From Patescibacteria group bacterium (GTDB taxonomy: Bacteria; Patescibacteriota; Minisyncoccia; Phycocordibacterales; UBA9973): a stretch of DNA of 64,000 nucleotides. Positions 1-8,595 of the stretch are shown here, one piece after another. The number at the start of each line of letters is the position of its first letter. The first letter of the stretch is position 1. Position numbers and translations under genes: made by a program. The notes beneath the pieces are model-generated. The model was given only the letters and a program-made list of their open reading frames with translations. It was not told where the DNA came from and made no database searches. The DNA is taken from NCBI GenBank assembly GCA_038063535.1, contig JBBTUV010000002.1:4723-68722 (forward strand). Reading direction: 5' to 3'.

Positions 1-1101
1 CGCAAAAATCGCTACCGCGGCCGCGACCAGGCGAGTACTTTCCCAAGAAAAAGTTTTGGAGCCAAGGATGACACGCACTACTTGGGCACGCAGCACAATG
101 AAAAGAAAAGTAGCCGGCAAGGACCAGAAAACTATTGAGCGGGCGGCCCCTCGGAGATGTCCTTTGAATTCCGCCAATTTGCCGGCAGTTACGGATCTTA
201 CCAGAGTCGGAAACGCCGCCACGGCGTAAGAGATGCCGATGATATTAAGCGGCACGGATTGAAGATTGTAAGAAAAGTTGAAGATCGAGATCGAGCCGAC
301 CGTAAGGAGCGAGGCCAGGGCAGTAATGAAGATGAGCGACATGCTGTTCGCCGCAAGTCCGAGCGTGCGAGGCACCGAAATGAGTGCCGCGTGCTTCATC
401 TCGGAAAAATTGATGGAGAGGGAAAACTTCGGTCGAAAACCGGCCTGGCTCGATGCGAGCGCCTGCACGCCGAAATGAAGCAGTGCCCCGAGCGCCACTC
501 CTGCCCCGAGGCCATAAATCCCAAGATGAGGATAAAAAACGATGATGCCGATGATAATGCCGAGATTATAAAGAACTGGTGACAGAGAGTAGATAAAAAA
601 CTTCCTGAAAAGCTGCGTGACCGTCCCGAAGAGGCTCGAAAGGCCCATCAAAATCGGCGAAAGGAGCATGATGCGGGAAAGCGCGGTGACTTCCGCCTGC
701 ATTGCCGGCGAAAAACCCGGAGCGATCAGCTGTGAAAGATCAGGCATCAGGAAAAAAGCGACCAGGGACACCAATACGATGAGAAAAAAGAAGGCCGTAA
801 AAACGTCGCTTAAGAACTTGCGTGCTTCATCTGTCACTTGGCCATCGGCCATCTTGGCGGAAAGATATGGGATCAATACGGTGATCGAAGCCAGCGAAGC
901 GATGGAGATGAAAATGAAATCCGGCACCCGAAAAGCCGCGTAGTAGGCATCGAGCGTGGGCGACGGACCGATAAAGTGAGCGAAGGAGCGGTCGCGCAGT
1001 AGCCCGAGGACTTGCGAAACGAGTGCAAAAGAGCCGAGAAGGAGCGCTGCTTGGTTTATATTGCCGTATTCCTTCCCGAAGAACCTAAAGAGCTTTTCCA
1101 T
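1..1101 (-). CDS. murJ: Lipid II flippase MurJ, N-terminal portion (C-terminus lies beyond the window start)
   Basis: Manual reverse-complement translation from the ATG at 1101 gives MEKLFRFFGKEYGNINQAALLLGSFALVSQVLGLLRDRSFAHFIGPSPTLDAYYAAF..., matching the MurJ N-terminal signature (SRVLGFARD / DAFFVAF region). The frame stays open to position 1. It is absent from the supplied ORF track because it runs off the window edge. The + strand ORFs 157..582 and 617..943 are its antisense. Confidence 0.75.
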   Translation of the reverse strand, partial: MEKLFRFFGKEYGNINQAALLLGSFALVSQVLGLLRDRSFAHFIGPSPTLDAYYAAFRVPDFIFISIASLASITVLIPYLSAKMADGQVTDEARKFLSDVFTAFFFLIVLVSLVAFFLMPDLSQLIAPGFSPAMQAEVTALSRIMLLSPILMGLSSLFGTVTQLFRKFFIYSLSPVLYNLGIIIGIIVFYPHLGIYGLGAGVALGALLHFGVQALASSQAGFRPKFSLSINFSEMKHAALISVPRTLGLAANSMSLIFITALASLLTVGSISIFNFSYNLQSVPLNIIGISYAVAAFPTLVRSVTAGKLAEFKGHLRGAARSIVFWSLPATFLFIVLRAQVVRVILGSKTFSWESTRLVAAAVAIFA

Positions 1102-3004
1102 CCCTAAGGGTATCGAGGTAATCTTTAATTTCTTTGTTGTCGGGCAAGAGGGCCAGGGCCGCCTCGGCATAGCCGACCGCGGCGGCGGCGTCGCCGAGAG
1201 CTTGATAATCGCGCGAGAGCGCGAGCTTGATGGCTGGATTCAGCGGATTGAGTTTCTCCGCGCTAGCATAAGCCTCAACCGCTTTGCTGAAGGCGCTGGG
1301 AACCCCTAAAGAGCCCAAGGTGTCGTAAACCGCGCCGAGCGTTTGGAAATTGACGTAATTATCTTTGTTGAACTCGGTCGCAGCCGTAGCCCCATTGATC
1401 GCTTCCTTGAGAACATTTTGAAGTTCCGCCTGCTCCTCAGTTGTGAGAGTAGTTTTCTCGGCCAGAGAATTGAGCTTGAGAAGATACACCTGTGAATAAG
1501 TGCGGAGGTAAAGATCGTTCGAGTAAAGTGAGACCGTTTTGGTAACGGCTGTTTCCGCCGAGGGAACAGTCGTTGCGGAAAGAGTTCTCGTAAAAAATGT
1601 CGCCGCCGCGAACCTTTCGAGATATTTGAAACCGAAAACAACCGAGGCTCCGAGGATTATAACCAGAAGTGAAATAGCAAAAAAACTTTTTCTCGGATCG
1701 ACGAAAAAGGAAATCTCGATCTTTCGCCCCGCGGAAAGCGCGAGAAATACCCCAGAGAGCACCACCGCCAGGATAAATAGCGCCGACCCGAGCGGGTAGA
1801 AAAAAGAAGCGGTAAAAAGGAAGAAGGAAGCGGTAAAGAAAAAAGTCCCTTCGGTACTAAAACTCTCCTTTAAGCCGGCAAGTAGTGAGCGCGCCCCGGC
1901 ATAAAGGAAAAAAGCGAAAAAGGAAAGCCAGGCCAAGATGCCCAGGGCTCCGACAGTCGAAAATATGGTCGGGATGGTTCCGACCCCGGAATCAAAAGTG
2001 GCATTCCAATAACTGGATGAGTTAATCTGTGCCGGCTTGTACATCGCCCAGGCATCGGCAAACCGATTCGGCCCCGCACCGAGCAGCGGGTCTTTAAGAA
2101 GTGCCGACTTCCCTACCGCAAAAGTGGAAGAGAACGTCGGGCGGACTTCTGGGCTTTGAACCCTCAACCTCTCCGGCAATACGCCGAAAATAAACTTTCC
2201 CGAAGTCAAAAAAAGGAGCGAGCAAAGGACAACGATAAAAGTCGCGAGCGGAAAGAAGTTCTTTCTCTCAACGCCGCCTTTTAAAAGAGAAAGTTTGTAG
2301 ATCAACACCAGAAGCGCAAAAACACCGACAAGCCCCCAAACCAGGGGCAAATTTACCAAAAAAACGAAGATAATGGAGAGAAGCGCCAGACCAGACACGA
2401 GGATTTTGTAAACTCTCTTAAGATCGAAAAATTCCAGAAGGAGCAGCGAGAGTATCGTTGTAAACCCCGCAAAAATGCCGAGGTTGTACCAAGAACCGAT
2501 GAGATTTCCGCTCTTGTCCCCCAAAATCCCGAAAGAAAGAATGGCAGGAATAAAAAATCGGAGGGCCTGGAAAACGAGCACCAAGGCAGAGGCGACGAGC
2601 AGGCCAAAAATTAGCTTTCGGGCCCAGATTTGCGACTGAAAAGATAGCGAGGCTAAAAGAAATGCCACAAATCCAGCGAGGATGAACCAGAAGCTCCCGA
2701 GATCGAAGATCGTACCGAAAAAAGACATACCGCGCGAGCTTGAAAAGAGAGCGGAAAGAAGCGTCACTAAAACCACGCCGAGCCCCGCCAGGAGAAGCGG
2801 CGAGCGCGGAGCGGACATTTTTCCGTCCGAAAATCGCGCCGCCAAGTAAAAAACCAGGGAAATGACAAGGCCCACAACAAAGAGGAGGCCCTTTGAAACC
2901 TCGACGGGCATTCTCGAGTAAGGGAGAAAAAAAATCGGAAGCAAGGAGAGAGTCAAAAGGAGGGACCAGCGGGAGATCTTATCGAGCGTCTGTGACCACA
3001 TCAT
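1085..3004 (-). CDS. O-antigen ligase-like (Wzy_C-type) polytopic membrane protein with a C-terminal TPR-like helical repeat region
   Basis: 639-aa ORF with more than 10 predicted TM helices, then a soluble C-terminus containing TPR-like repeats (AEKLNPLNPAIKLALSRDYQALGDAAAAVGYAEAALALLPDNKEIKDYL). It overlaps the murJ start by 17 nt, which suggests an operon. Family assignment is from domain architecture only. Confidence 0.45.
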   Translation of the reverse strand: MMWSQTLDKISRWSLLLTLSLLPIFFLPYSRMPVEVSKGLLFVVGLVISLVFYLAARFSDGKMSAPRSPLLLAGLGVVLVTLLSALFSSSRGMSFFGTIFDLGSFWFILAGFVAFLLASLSFQSQIWARKLIFGLLVASALVLVFQALRFFIPAILSFGILGDKSGNLIGSWYNLGIFAGFTTILSLLLLEFFDLKRVYKILVSGLALLSIIFVFLVNLPLVWGLVGVFALLVLIYKLSLLKGGVERKNFFPLATFIVVLCSLLFLTSGKFIFGVLPERLRVQSPEVRPTFSSTFAVGKSALLKDPLLGAGPNRFADAWAMYKPAQINSSSYWNATFDSGVGTIPTIFSTVGALGILAWLSFFAFFLYAGARSLLAGLKESFSTEGTFFFTASFFLFTASFFYPLGSALFILAVVLSGVFLALSAGRKIEISFFVDPRKSFFAISLLVIILGASVVFGFKYLERFAAATFFTRTLSATTVPSAETAVTKTVSLYSNDLYLRTYSQVYLLKLNSLAEKTTLTTEEQAELQNVLKEAINGATAATEFNKDNYVNFQTLGAVYDTLGSLGVPSAFSKAVEAYASAEKLNPLNPAIKLALSRDYQALGDAAAAVGYAEAALALLPDNKEIKDYLDTLRDGKAL

Positions 3005-3025
3005 TATATTATATAAGCAGTCGGG

Positions 3026-6000
3026 CTAAACTACAATGTTGATAAGTTTGCCGGGCACGAAAAACCTCTTTTTTATTTCTTTACCCTTGAGCCACTTTTC
3101 CATCTCCTGCAATCTTGTTGCAATATAAAAAGCGTCTTCCTCAGTTATGTTTCTTAGAGCCCTGAATTGAGACCGGACTTTGCCGTTTATCTGCACCACA
3201 TAAATTACCTCCCCAATGTCAACTTTGGAAATATCATATAGAGGCCAAGACTCCAGTTGAATGGACTTTTTGTTGCCTAAACTCTGCCAGAGTTCTTCCG
3301 TGATATACGGAGCAAAAGGTGAAAGTAATTTCAGGAAAACTTCAAATTCGTTTTTTGATATAGATTTGGCATCATTGATAAAAATCATGAGCGCAGAAAT
3401 TGCGGTATTAAATTTCATCACCTCAATATCCTCAGAGACCTTTTTGATCGTTTTGTGGAGCAGAGACACTGAAGAATTCGCAGCGGTGTAGGACCCACCG
3501 CGTACTCGCGGAAGGGTTAAGCCGGAAGAATTTTTTAGTGTCTCTGCAATCTTCCAAACTTTTTCGAGAAATCTCCGCGGGCCGATGATCGCCTCTTCGC
3601 TCCAGGGAATCGCCTGGTCGAAGGGCCCCATGAACATCTCATATAGACGCAAGGTGTCCGCGCCGTAGCGCTTTACAATATCGTCGGGGTTAATGGTATT
3701 CCCCTTTGATTTCGACATTTTCTCCCCTCCTTCGGCCAAAATAAGCCCGTGAGAGGTTCTTTTTTGATAAGGCTCGCTGGTGGGCACCAGGCCGAGGTCG
3801 TAGAGAAATTTGTGCCAGAAACGCGAATACAAGAGGTGGAGAGTGGTATGCTCCATGCCGCCGTTGTACCAGTTTACCGGCGTCCAGTACTTAAGTTTCC
3901 TGGGGTCGGCGAATTTTTTAAAATTTTTCGGATCAACATAACGAAGGTAATACCAGGAACTCCCGGCCCAGTTGGGCATGGTGTCGGTTTCCCGCTTCGC
4001 AGGACCTTTGCAGTCAGGACACTTCGTATTTACCCACTTTGAAATATTCGCGAGCGGCGATTCGCCGCTGTCCGTCGGCTGGTAATTTTTTACTTTCGGG
4101 AGCTCAACCGGCAAATCTTTCTCCGGCACGGGCACGTAGCCACACTTCGGGCAATGCACAATTGGTATCGGCTCACCCCAGTATCGCTGCCGCGAAAACA
4201 CCCAGTCCCGCAACTTGAAAGTGGTCTTTTCCTTTCCACCGACAAACCTCACGATTTCCTTTTTTGCCTCTTCTGAATCCATGCCGTCGAATTGCCCTGA
4301 ATTTGCCATAACCCCTTCGCCAGTATAAATATTTTCGGAATTATTTAATGGCTTCCAGGTGAATAATCTCCAGATGTGCGAGGTGGATTCGTCATAAACA
4401 AACTTTTCAACTTCCTTGCGATTTACCCAGTGTACCTCGTGTTTTTCTTTTTCTTCCTCTACAACTTCTTCTCGTTTATCACTTTGCAATTCAAAATAAA
4501 GCCCGTGAAAATGTGCGAAACGATTTACTTGTTTAGGATTGTGATAAAATTTGCTGTGATATTTTCCTAATTCCTTAATAAATTTTAGATCTGTGTACCC
4601 TGTCTCTTCTCGAACTTCCATTCGAGCAGCTTGTTCGGGGGTCTGGCCTTCTTCAATCCCACCGGTAACAAAAGTTCGCCAATCAACTTTTTTCCATTGC
4701 AAGCAGAGATATTTATCTTCCTGCCAATGTTTTACAATTACATCCACTGCGTTGCGTTCTACAAATGGTAACCCTTCACGGGGCTTAGATTGTTCAGTTT
4801 TATCCACCAGAACTTGCTCAATTACTTCACTATTTGGCAAACTGTATTTCTTCGCAAATTCATAGTCGCGCTCGTCGTGCGCCGGTACCGCCATAATCGC
4901 TCCGGTACCGTAATGCGGAAGCACATAGTCGGCGATCCAAACCGGAATTTCTTCTTTGTTTGCGGGGTTTATTGCCCTTACGCCTTTTAATTCCACCCCT
5001 GTTTTTGCTTTATTTTCCGCCGTTCTTTCAATTTCTGTTTTCCTCTTCGCTACTACAGTATACTGTAGTGCCTCCTCTCGGTTTGAAGTTTTTTCTAAAA
5101 GATTTTTAACAAGCGGATGCTCGGGTGCCAGCACTAAATAGGTTGCGCCGAATATGGTGTCGGGGCGGGTAGTGAAGACCTTAATAGAATCAACCCCTCC
5201 CAAACCCTCCCCGAAGGAGAGGGCCTTGGCGACAGCGCTTGAAACTTCATTCTTCTTTTGAAACACCTCATCATTTGTAAAACGAAGGATCCTGTAGCCC
5301 AGCTGATCTAATATCTTGGTCCTTTCCTCGTCCTCATTTTCTTGGTAATCATGGATGTCGCCATCGATTTCAATGACAAGCTTCTTCTCAAGACATACAA
5401 AATCAGCTATAAAGCGATCAATGATATGTTGTCTTCTGAAGTGGTATTGAATTGCGTTCCGGCGCAATAAATCCCAAACTGTTTTTTCTCCCTCGGTTGG
5501 ATTTTTCCTCATTTCTAAGGCTCGGGCTTGCAGGGTTCGCCATAATTCGGGACGAGTAGTAAAAAATCTAGGCATTTCCCCCTCTCCTTCGGGGAGGGCT
5601 GGGGAGGGGTTTTTAATTTCAAATTCAATCTCCGCGCCCTCGCTCTTCCCTATCCAATTACGTTGCGCGAGTTTTATCTGCGGCAGGTAATCGACGGTGT
5701 CTAGGTCTTTGTCGAGCCGCTCGGCGTACTTGGTAATCGCGAGCATCCATTGTTCTTTTTCGCGCTTCTCGACTAGGGCACCACAACGTTCGCAGCAGCC
5801 GTTTACAACTTCTTCGTTGGCAAGTCCTATTTTATCCTTTGGGCACCAATTGATGACTGCTTTTGCTTTATACGCCAGTCCTTTTTTCAAAAACTGCAAA
5901 AATATCCACTGCGTCCATTTGTAATATTTGGGATCAGTTGTGTTCACCTCGTGAGACCAGTCAAAAGACATACCGAGCGATTTGAATTGCTTGCGAAAAT

Positions 6001-6322
6001 TATCGGTATTCTTTTTAGTAATGAGCGCCGGTTGTTTGCCGGTTTTGATGGCGAAGTTTTCAGTCGGAAGTCCAAAAGCATCCCAGCCGATCGGGTAAAG
6101 CACGTTGTAGCCCTCCATGCGGCGCTTGCGCGAGATTATATCCATCGCCGTGTAGCCCCGCACATGGCCAGTGTGCAGGCCATCGGCGGAAGGATACGGA
6201 AACTCCATCAGGGAGTAGTATTTTTTCTTTTTGTCAAAATCCCGAGCGGCAGAGAGTTTTTTATTTTTCTCCCAGTATGCCTGCCATTTCTTTTCTATTT
6301 TCTTATGGTCATAACTCCCCAT
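3026..6322 (-). CDS. leuS: Leucyl-tRNA synthetase carrying two in-frame domain insertions (DUF559 endonuclease-fold and NUDIX)
   Basis: HTGHVRGYTAMDIISR (HIGH motif), KMSKSKGN, TTRPDT and GTGAIMAVPAHDERDYEFAKKY editing-domain motifs, and LRDWVFSRQRYWGEPIPIV. The likely start is the M of MGSYDHKKIEKKWQAYWEKNK at 6322, because the ORF-track start at 6418 would overlap the upstream gene's stop. Total 1130/1098 aa versus about 800-900 for a typical LeuRS. Confidence 0.9.
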   Translation of the reverse strand: MGSYDHKKIEKKWQAYWEKNKKLSAARDFDKKKKYYSLMEFPYPSADGLHTGHVRGYTAMDIISRKRRMEGYNVLYPIGWDAFGLPTENFAIKTGKQPALITKKNTDNFRKQFKSLGMSFDWSHEVNTTDPKYYKWTQWIFLQFLKKGLAYKAKAVINWCPKDKIGLANEEVVNGCCERCGALVEKREKEQWMLAITKYAERLDKDLDTVDYLPQIKLAQRNWIGKSEGAEIEFEIKNPSPALPEGEGEMPRFFTTRPELWRTLQARALEMRKNPTEGEKTVWDLLRRNAIQYHFRRQHIIDRFIADFVCLEKKLVIEIDGDIHDYQENEDEERTKILDQLGYRILRFTNDEVFQKKNEVSSAVAKALSFGEGLGGVDSIKVFTTRPDTIFGATYLVLAPEHPLVKNLLEKTSNREEALQYTVVAKRKTEIERTAENKAKTGVELKGVRAINPANKEEIPVWIADYVLPHYGTGAIMAVPAHDERDYEFAKKYSLPNSEVIEQVLVDKTEQSKPREGLPFVERNAVDVIVKHWQEDKYLCLQWKKVDWRTFVTGGIEEGQTPEQAARMEVREETGYTDLKFIKELGKYHSKFYHNPKQVNRFAHFHGLYFELQSDKREEVVEEEKEKHEVHWVNRKEVEKFVYDESTSHIWRLFTWKPLNNSENIYTGEGVMANSGQFDGMDSEEAKKEIVRFVGGKEKTTFKLRDWVFSRQRYWGEPIPIVHCPKCGYVPVPEKDLPVELPKVKNYQPTDSGESPLANISKWVNTKCPDCKGPAKRETDTMPNWAGSSWYYLRYVDPKNFKKFADPRKLKYWTPVNWYNGGMEHTTLHLLYSRFWHKFLYDLGLVPTSEPYQKRTSHGLILAEGGEKMSKSKGNTINPDDIVKRYGADTLRLYEMFMGPFDQAIPWSEEAIIGPRRFLEKVWKIAETLKNSSGLTLPRVRGGSYTAANSSVSLLHKTIKKVSEDIEVMKFNTAISALMIFINDAKSISKNEFEVFLKLLSPFAPYITEELWQSLGNKKSIQLESWPLYDISKVDIGEVIYVVQINGKVRSQFRALRNITEEDAFYIATRLQEMEKWLKGKEIKKRFFVPGKLINIVV
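4349..4801 (-). other. In-frame NUDIX hydrolase domain inserted into the leuS editing (CP1) region
   Basis: Nudix box GGIEEGQTPEQAARMEVREETGY (G-x5-E-x7-REVxEETG) inside leuS, between AKKYSLPNSEVIEQVL and GVMANSGQFDGM. That position is a loop of the editing domain in canonical LeuRS. The encoding DNA is conspicuously AT/poly-purine rich relative to the rest of leuS. Confidence 0.6.
5180..5605 (-). mobile_element. In-frame DUF559 (Vsr / very-short-patch-repair endonuclease-like fold) module inside leuS, bounded by ~32-bp GC-rich terminal inverted repeats
   Basis: Protein segment LWRTLQARALEMRKNPTEGEKTVWDLLRRNAIQYHFRRQHIIDRFIADFVCLEKKLVIEIDGDIHDYQENEDEERTKILDQLGYRILRFTNDEV has the DUF559 hallmarks (FRRQ, DF.C, IE.DG..H, R-D..L...G...LRF.N). 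It is inserted exactly between the catalytic core (..IEFEIKN) and the TTRPDT start of CP1. The nucleotide flanks aacccctcccaaaccctccccgaaggagaggg (5192..5223) and ccccctctccttcggggagggctggggagggg (5577..5609) are near-perfect inverted copies. The interior is visibly more AT-rich than the flanking leuS sequence. The FTTRP peptide occurs on both sides (RFFTTRPEL and KVFTTRPDT). Confidence 0.6.
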
Positions 6323-6329
6323 TTGCAGT

Positions 6330-7367
6330 TTAAAGAGGCTTCGGGTACGGCGGATAGAGATCTTTATCGATCGTGCGTTCGAAGCATGTGCGGCCGGCCT
6401 GGTGGTCCCAGGATTCATTCATGCCTCCCCCGGGGCTGGGATACGGATATGAGACCGCCATATCCCTGCCCTCCATCATCGGCATGGGGTAAATTGGTCC
6501 GCCGGAATATTCACGCCAGCCTTTCGGTATCGGAAGTGCGAAAGTCGCACAGAGCTCAAAGGTAAGCGGGCTCTTCACGGCATATTCATATTTCTCCCCT
6601 TTCTCGAATTCCGGTGGAACAGGCAAGGACCAGCCCGAGAGCGGGTTCGCAAGCTCGGATACATCCTTCGGCAGCTTTTGTTTCAGCTGCCAGTAATTGA
6701 CTACCTGATATTGAATATTTTGTAGATCCCCCACTCGCCTGTCGTCAAGGCGAAGCTGTCTTTGTTGCCAGGGGCTCCCCATCACAATAAAACTCAAGAC
6801 GATCGCAAGAAGCACGATGAGAGAAGATTTTATGGCACCCCAAAGTCCTACTGAGAAGCCCCAGATCTTCTTCATACCCCGAAGTTCGAAAATAAAATTA
6901 AATCCGACAAACGCAGCAGTGAGGAGCGCAATGGCAACTTTCAGGATGAAACGGGTGGTTATCTCCCCGGCGATGAAGTAACGCACAAGGGTGACAAGAT
7001 CGATGACTATGACGAGCGCGGAGAGAAATAAAATTATGTAGATGACCCACTTGCGGATAGTTTCATCAAGCCGGCCGACGCCGCGCGCGTAAAGTTTCTT
7101 CCAGAAATACGCGAGAAGAAGAAAAACCGGGAAGAAGATTATGAGCGTCGAGAGCGCCCCGCGAATCCCTTCGTAATCATAAGAGTTAAAGCCGTACTGG
7201 TAAGTAGCGTTCAAGACATCCGGGAAACGCTTGTTCAGGGTTTCGAAAACGAGATTCAGGAACGAAACGACGGTAGTAACGAGTGTAATTAGCACCCCGA
7301 GCGACAAAAAGAAAAAACCGATATTAAACCTGGGCGTATTACCGCCTAAATTTTCTTGTGTTTCCAT
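6330..7367 (-). CDS. Polytopic membrane protein with a C-terminal Pro/Tyr-rich soluble tail (DUF5671-like architecture), hypothetical
   Basis: 345-aa ORF with about 6 hydrophobic helices in the N-terminal 200 aa and a soluble tail with PYPSPGGG and YPPYPKPL. Its stop at 6330 lies just upstream of the preferred leuS start. Confidence 0.4.
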   Translation of the reverse strand: METQENLGGNTPRFNIGFFFLSLGVLITLVTTVVSFLNLVFETLNKRFPDVLNATYQYGFNSYDYEGIRGALSTLIIFFPVFLLLAYFWKKLYARGVGRLDETIRKWVIYIILFLSALVIVIDLVTLVRYFIAGEITTRFILKVAIALLTAAFVGFNFIFELRGMKKIWGFSVGLWGAIKSSLIVLLAIVLSFIVMGSPWQQRQLRLDDRRVGDLQNIQYQVVNYWQLKQKLPKDVSELANPLSGWSLPVPPEFEKGEKYEYAVKSPLTFELCATFALPIPKGWREYSGGPIYPMPMMEGRDMAVSYPYPSPGGGMNESWDHQAGRTCFERTIDKDLYPPYPKPL

Positions 7368-7404
7368 GCTTACATTATACCAAATCTTTGAATAATATTA
7401 TATA

Positions 7405-7788
7405 ATGAGAGGAGTGAATAAAAAATTCGAGGATTATTCGCGGAGGATTACCCGCTGGATTGGATCTCCGCAATCCATCATCATCCATACGATTTTCTTC
7501 ATCGGGATTTTCTTCTTGCGGCTTTGGGGATACTCTGGCACCGATGTACTTCTTTTCCTAACCACCCTAGTCTCGCTTGAGGCTATTTATCTTTCAATAT
7601 TCATCCAAATGACCGTGAACCGGCACGCTGAGGAGCTTGAGGAAGTCTCGGAAGATATCGAAGAAATACAGGAAAACGTGGGCGAAATACAAGAAAACGT
7701 GGGCGAAATACAAGAAAACGTCGAAGAAATACAGGAGGACGTCGAGGAAATACAAGAAGATGAGGAAGAAAATGCTGTGTCAAATTAA
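7405..7788 (+). CDS. DUF1003-like small membrane protein with a C-terminal acidic heptad-repeat tail
   Basis: RITRWIGSPQSIIIHTIFFIGIFFLRLWGY...LTTLVSLEAIYLSIFIQMTVNRH resembles the DUF1003 core. The C-terminus is EEIQENVGEIQENVGEIQENVEEIQEDVEEIQEDEEE. Confidence 0.45.
   Translation: MRGVNKKFEDYSRRITRWIGSPQSIIIHTIFFIGIFFLRLWGYSGTDVLLFLTTLVSLEAIYLSIFIQMTVNRHAEELEEVSEDIEEIQENVGEIQENVGEIQENVEEIQEDVEEIQEDEEENAVSN
7660..7770 (+). repeat. Tandem 21-nt repeat, 5 units (gaaatacaagaaaacgtgggc and variants), encoding EIQENVG heptads
   Basis: Directly visible in the sequence: gaagaaatacaggaaaacgtgggc gaaatacaagaaaacgtgggc gaaatacaagaaaacgtcgaa gaaatacaggaggacgtcgag gaaatacaagaagatgag. Confidence 0.85.
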
Positions 7789-8595
7789 AAACTCGATGAC
7801 ATCTCCATTTTGGACGATATATTCCTTGCCTTCGGTGCGCAGCCAGCCGTGCTCGCGCGCTTTCGCATAGGAACCGGCCTCGAGGAGTTTATCCCAACGG
7901 ATGACTTCCGCGCGGATAAATTTGTCGTGAAAGTCGCTATGTATGGAGCGTCCGGCAACCGGCGCGGTCGAGTCCCGCTTACAAGTCCAAGCGCGGCTCT
8001 CCTTTTCCCCCGTGGTGAAAAAAGTAATCAGGTTAAGTAAATCGTACCCCGCCTGTATGAGCTTGTCCAAGCCTTTCCCGAAGATCGGGTCTACTTCTAT
8101 ATACGGACCGGGAAGTTTCCCGACAATGTCTGTGCGGTTTTCCGCCGCCTCGGAAGTATTCAAGACATAAAGGATAGGTTTTTCAATTCCGGCCTGTTTC
8201 AACTCGAAATTGATCACCTCGATGTCGAATAGCGGGTCGAGCTTCTCGTGCACATGGGTGATGCTCTTGTCTTCGAAAATCCGCACCACCTCGATGATCG
8301 CATCGACTTCCCGGATATGAGAGAGAAATTTATTCCCGAGCCCCGCGCCCTCGCTCGCTCCTTTTACGAGGCCTGCAATATCCACGAACTCGACCACCGC
8401 CGGTATGGTTTTCTTTGACTTCGACATCGCGGAGAGTTTCTCGAGCCTCTCGTCCGGCACGGGTACGATCCCAACCGACGGATCGATGGTGCAGAAGGGG
8501 TAATTTTCCGCCGGCACTGAGAGCTTGGTGAGCGCGTTAAAAAGCGTACTCTTCCCAACATTCGGCAACCCGACAATTCCCACTTTTAGCGACAT
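7780..8595 (-). CDS. ychF: Ribosome-binding ATPase YchF/OLA1, short form lacking the central helical insertion
   Basis: MSLKVGIVGLPNVGKSTLFNALTK...FCTIDP...EFVDIAGLVKGASEGAGLGNKFLSHIREVDAI is near-identical to the E. coli YchF G-domain. The C-terminal TGS domain ends ...GKEYIVQNGDVIEFLI. 271 aa versus about 363 in E. coli. Confidence 0.8.
   Translation of the reverse strand: MSLKVGIVGLPNVGKSTLFNALTKLSVPAENYPFCTIDPSVGIVPVPDERLEKLSAMSKSKKTIPAVVEFVDIAGLVKGASEGAGLGNKFLSHIREVDAIIEVVRIFEDKSITHVHEKLDPLFDIEVINFELKQAGIEKPILYVLNTSEAAENRTDIVGKLPGPYIEVDPIFGKGLDKLIQAGYDLLNLITFFTTGEKESRAWTCKRDSTAPVAGRSIHSDFHDKFIRAEVIRWDKLLEAGSYAKAREHGWLRTEGKEYIVQNGDVIEFLI

Noticed and set aside
157-943. Plus-strand ORFs 157..582 and 617..943 (Arg/Lys/Asp-rich)
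   Set aside because: They are antisense to the murJ reading frame, which has a clear family signature, and their composition is non-protein-like.
3026-6418. Possibility that the leuS inserts are inteins
   Set aside because: No Cys/Ser at the insert N-termini and no His-Asn plus Cys/Ser/Thr at the C-terminal junctions, and no Hint or LAGLIDADG blocks. The inserts are ordinary DUF559 and NUDIX domains.
7637-7870. Plus-strand 77-aa Lys-rich ORF overlapping the DUF1003 repeat region
   Set aside because: Alternative frame of the 21-nt tandem repeat. A repeat-driven artefact.
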